From the IMG/VR virus record IMGVR_UViG_3300005936_000004: a DNA stretch of 12,526 nucleotides; one strand, 5' to 3'. This document shows positions 12,173 to 12,526 of this stretch, one piece after another (positions within the stretch are counted from its first letter, which is position 1; each line of letters starts with the position of its first letter). This DNA comes from a virus. The translations under genes and the position numbers were made by a program. The notes beneath the pieces were generated by a model. The model searched no databases, had not been told where the DNA came from, and saw only the letters and a list, made by a program, of their open reading frames with translations.

Positions 12173-12526
12173 TGACATTACCAGGAGTTTTTAATCAGAG
12201 GGAACAGTTTGTTAATTATGATTGGGTTGATATTGCAAATGGAACGGGTTATGTTGAATATTATGGAGCGTTATGTAATGGTGGATTAGAAACAACAACA
12301 CCGAGAAGCACAGTTAGTTCAGAGTTCATAAAGATAGTAAATCCAATAGGAGGAATAGCAAACGCATTAACTCAACTATTTAATTTAGATTTTGATATAG
12401 AATTTAATGTTCCTAAAAATATAAAAGGAGAAATACAAGTTAATGTTCCCATAGGAATAGCAAATCCCTCAGCAGTAGATGAAAGTGTAAACATGCAAGT
12501 AATAGTAAAAGTCTATCATTTTGACG
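12172..12526 (+). CDS. Hypothetical virion-module protein, 5' part of a 234-aa ORF that crosses the genome junction
   Basis: The ATG at 12172 overlaps the preceding TAA (TAATG). My translation (MTLPGVFNQREQFVNYDWVDIANGTGYVEYYGALCNGG...) has no stop to the window end. The ORF is missing from the track only because it runs off the end. Confidence 0.7.
   Translation, partial: MTLPGVFNQREQFVNYDWVDIANGTGYVEYYGALCNGGLETTTPRSTVSSEFIKIVNPIGGIANALTQLFNLDFDIEFNVPKNIKGEIQVNVPIGIANPSAVDESVNMQVIVKVYHFD
12407..12526. repeat. Terminal direct repeat, right copy
   Basis: Exact 120-nt copy of 1-120. This implies a unit genome length of 12,406 bp. Confidence 0.95.

Overview
The window appears to be a complete small dsDNA virus genome. 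Bases 1-120 recur exactly at 12407-12526, and one ORF (start 12172) reads in frame through that junction to the stop at 470. The unit length is therefore 12,406 bp, either circular or terminally redundant. All credible genes lie on the + strand and are tightly packed, with TAATG and ATGA stop/start overlaps. From the translations I recognise a large terminase, a portal-like protein, a scaffold-like acidic protein, a DUF2190-like small beta protein directly upstream of an HK97-like major capsid candidate, a LamG (concanavalin-like) domain protein, a long Gly/Asn/Thr-rich fibre-like protein, a staphylococcal-nuclease-fold nuclease, a 4-Cys zinc ribbon and a winged-helix-like protein. I see no recognisable polymerase, primase/helicase, integrase or lysis gene. 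Gene expression signals look archaeal. Three to four TTTATATA/TTTAAATA boxes each end 21-22 nt before the ATG of the first gene of a block, which implies leaderless mRNAs. Internal genes instead use GGAGGT-type Shine-Dalgarno sites. The most unusual feature is a 944-nt noncoding region (8755-9698, about 7.6% of the genome). It is GC-enriched relative to most of the genome. It contains a perfect 28-bp palindrome, several perfect hairpins, GCTGTGCT repeats, an ~80-nt polypyrimidine tract with a canonical G-quadruplex motif on the minus strand, an AT-rich block, and a 13-bp inverted repeat bracketing a 148-nt GC-rich core. I propose it as a candidate replication origin, packaging site and/or structured ncRNA. 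A second oddity is the LamG gene, whose domain clearly starts upstream of any ATG, at an ATA sitting where the genome's usual TAATG overlap would place the ATG. All homology calls come from reading the translations by eye, not from searches.
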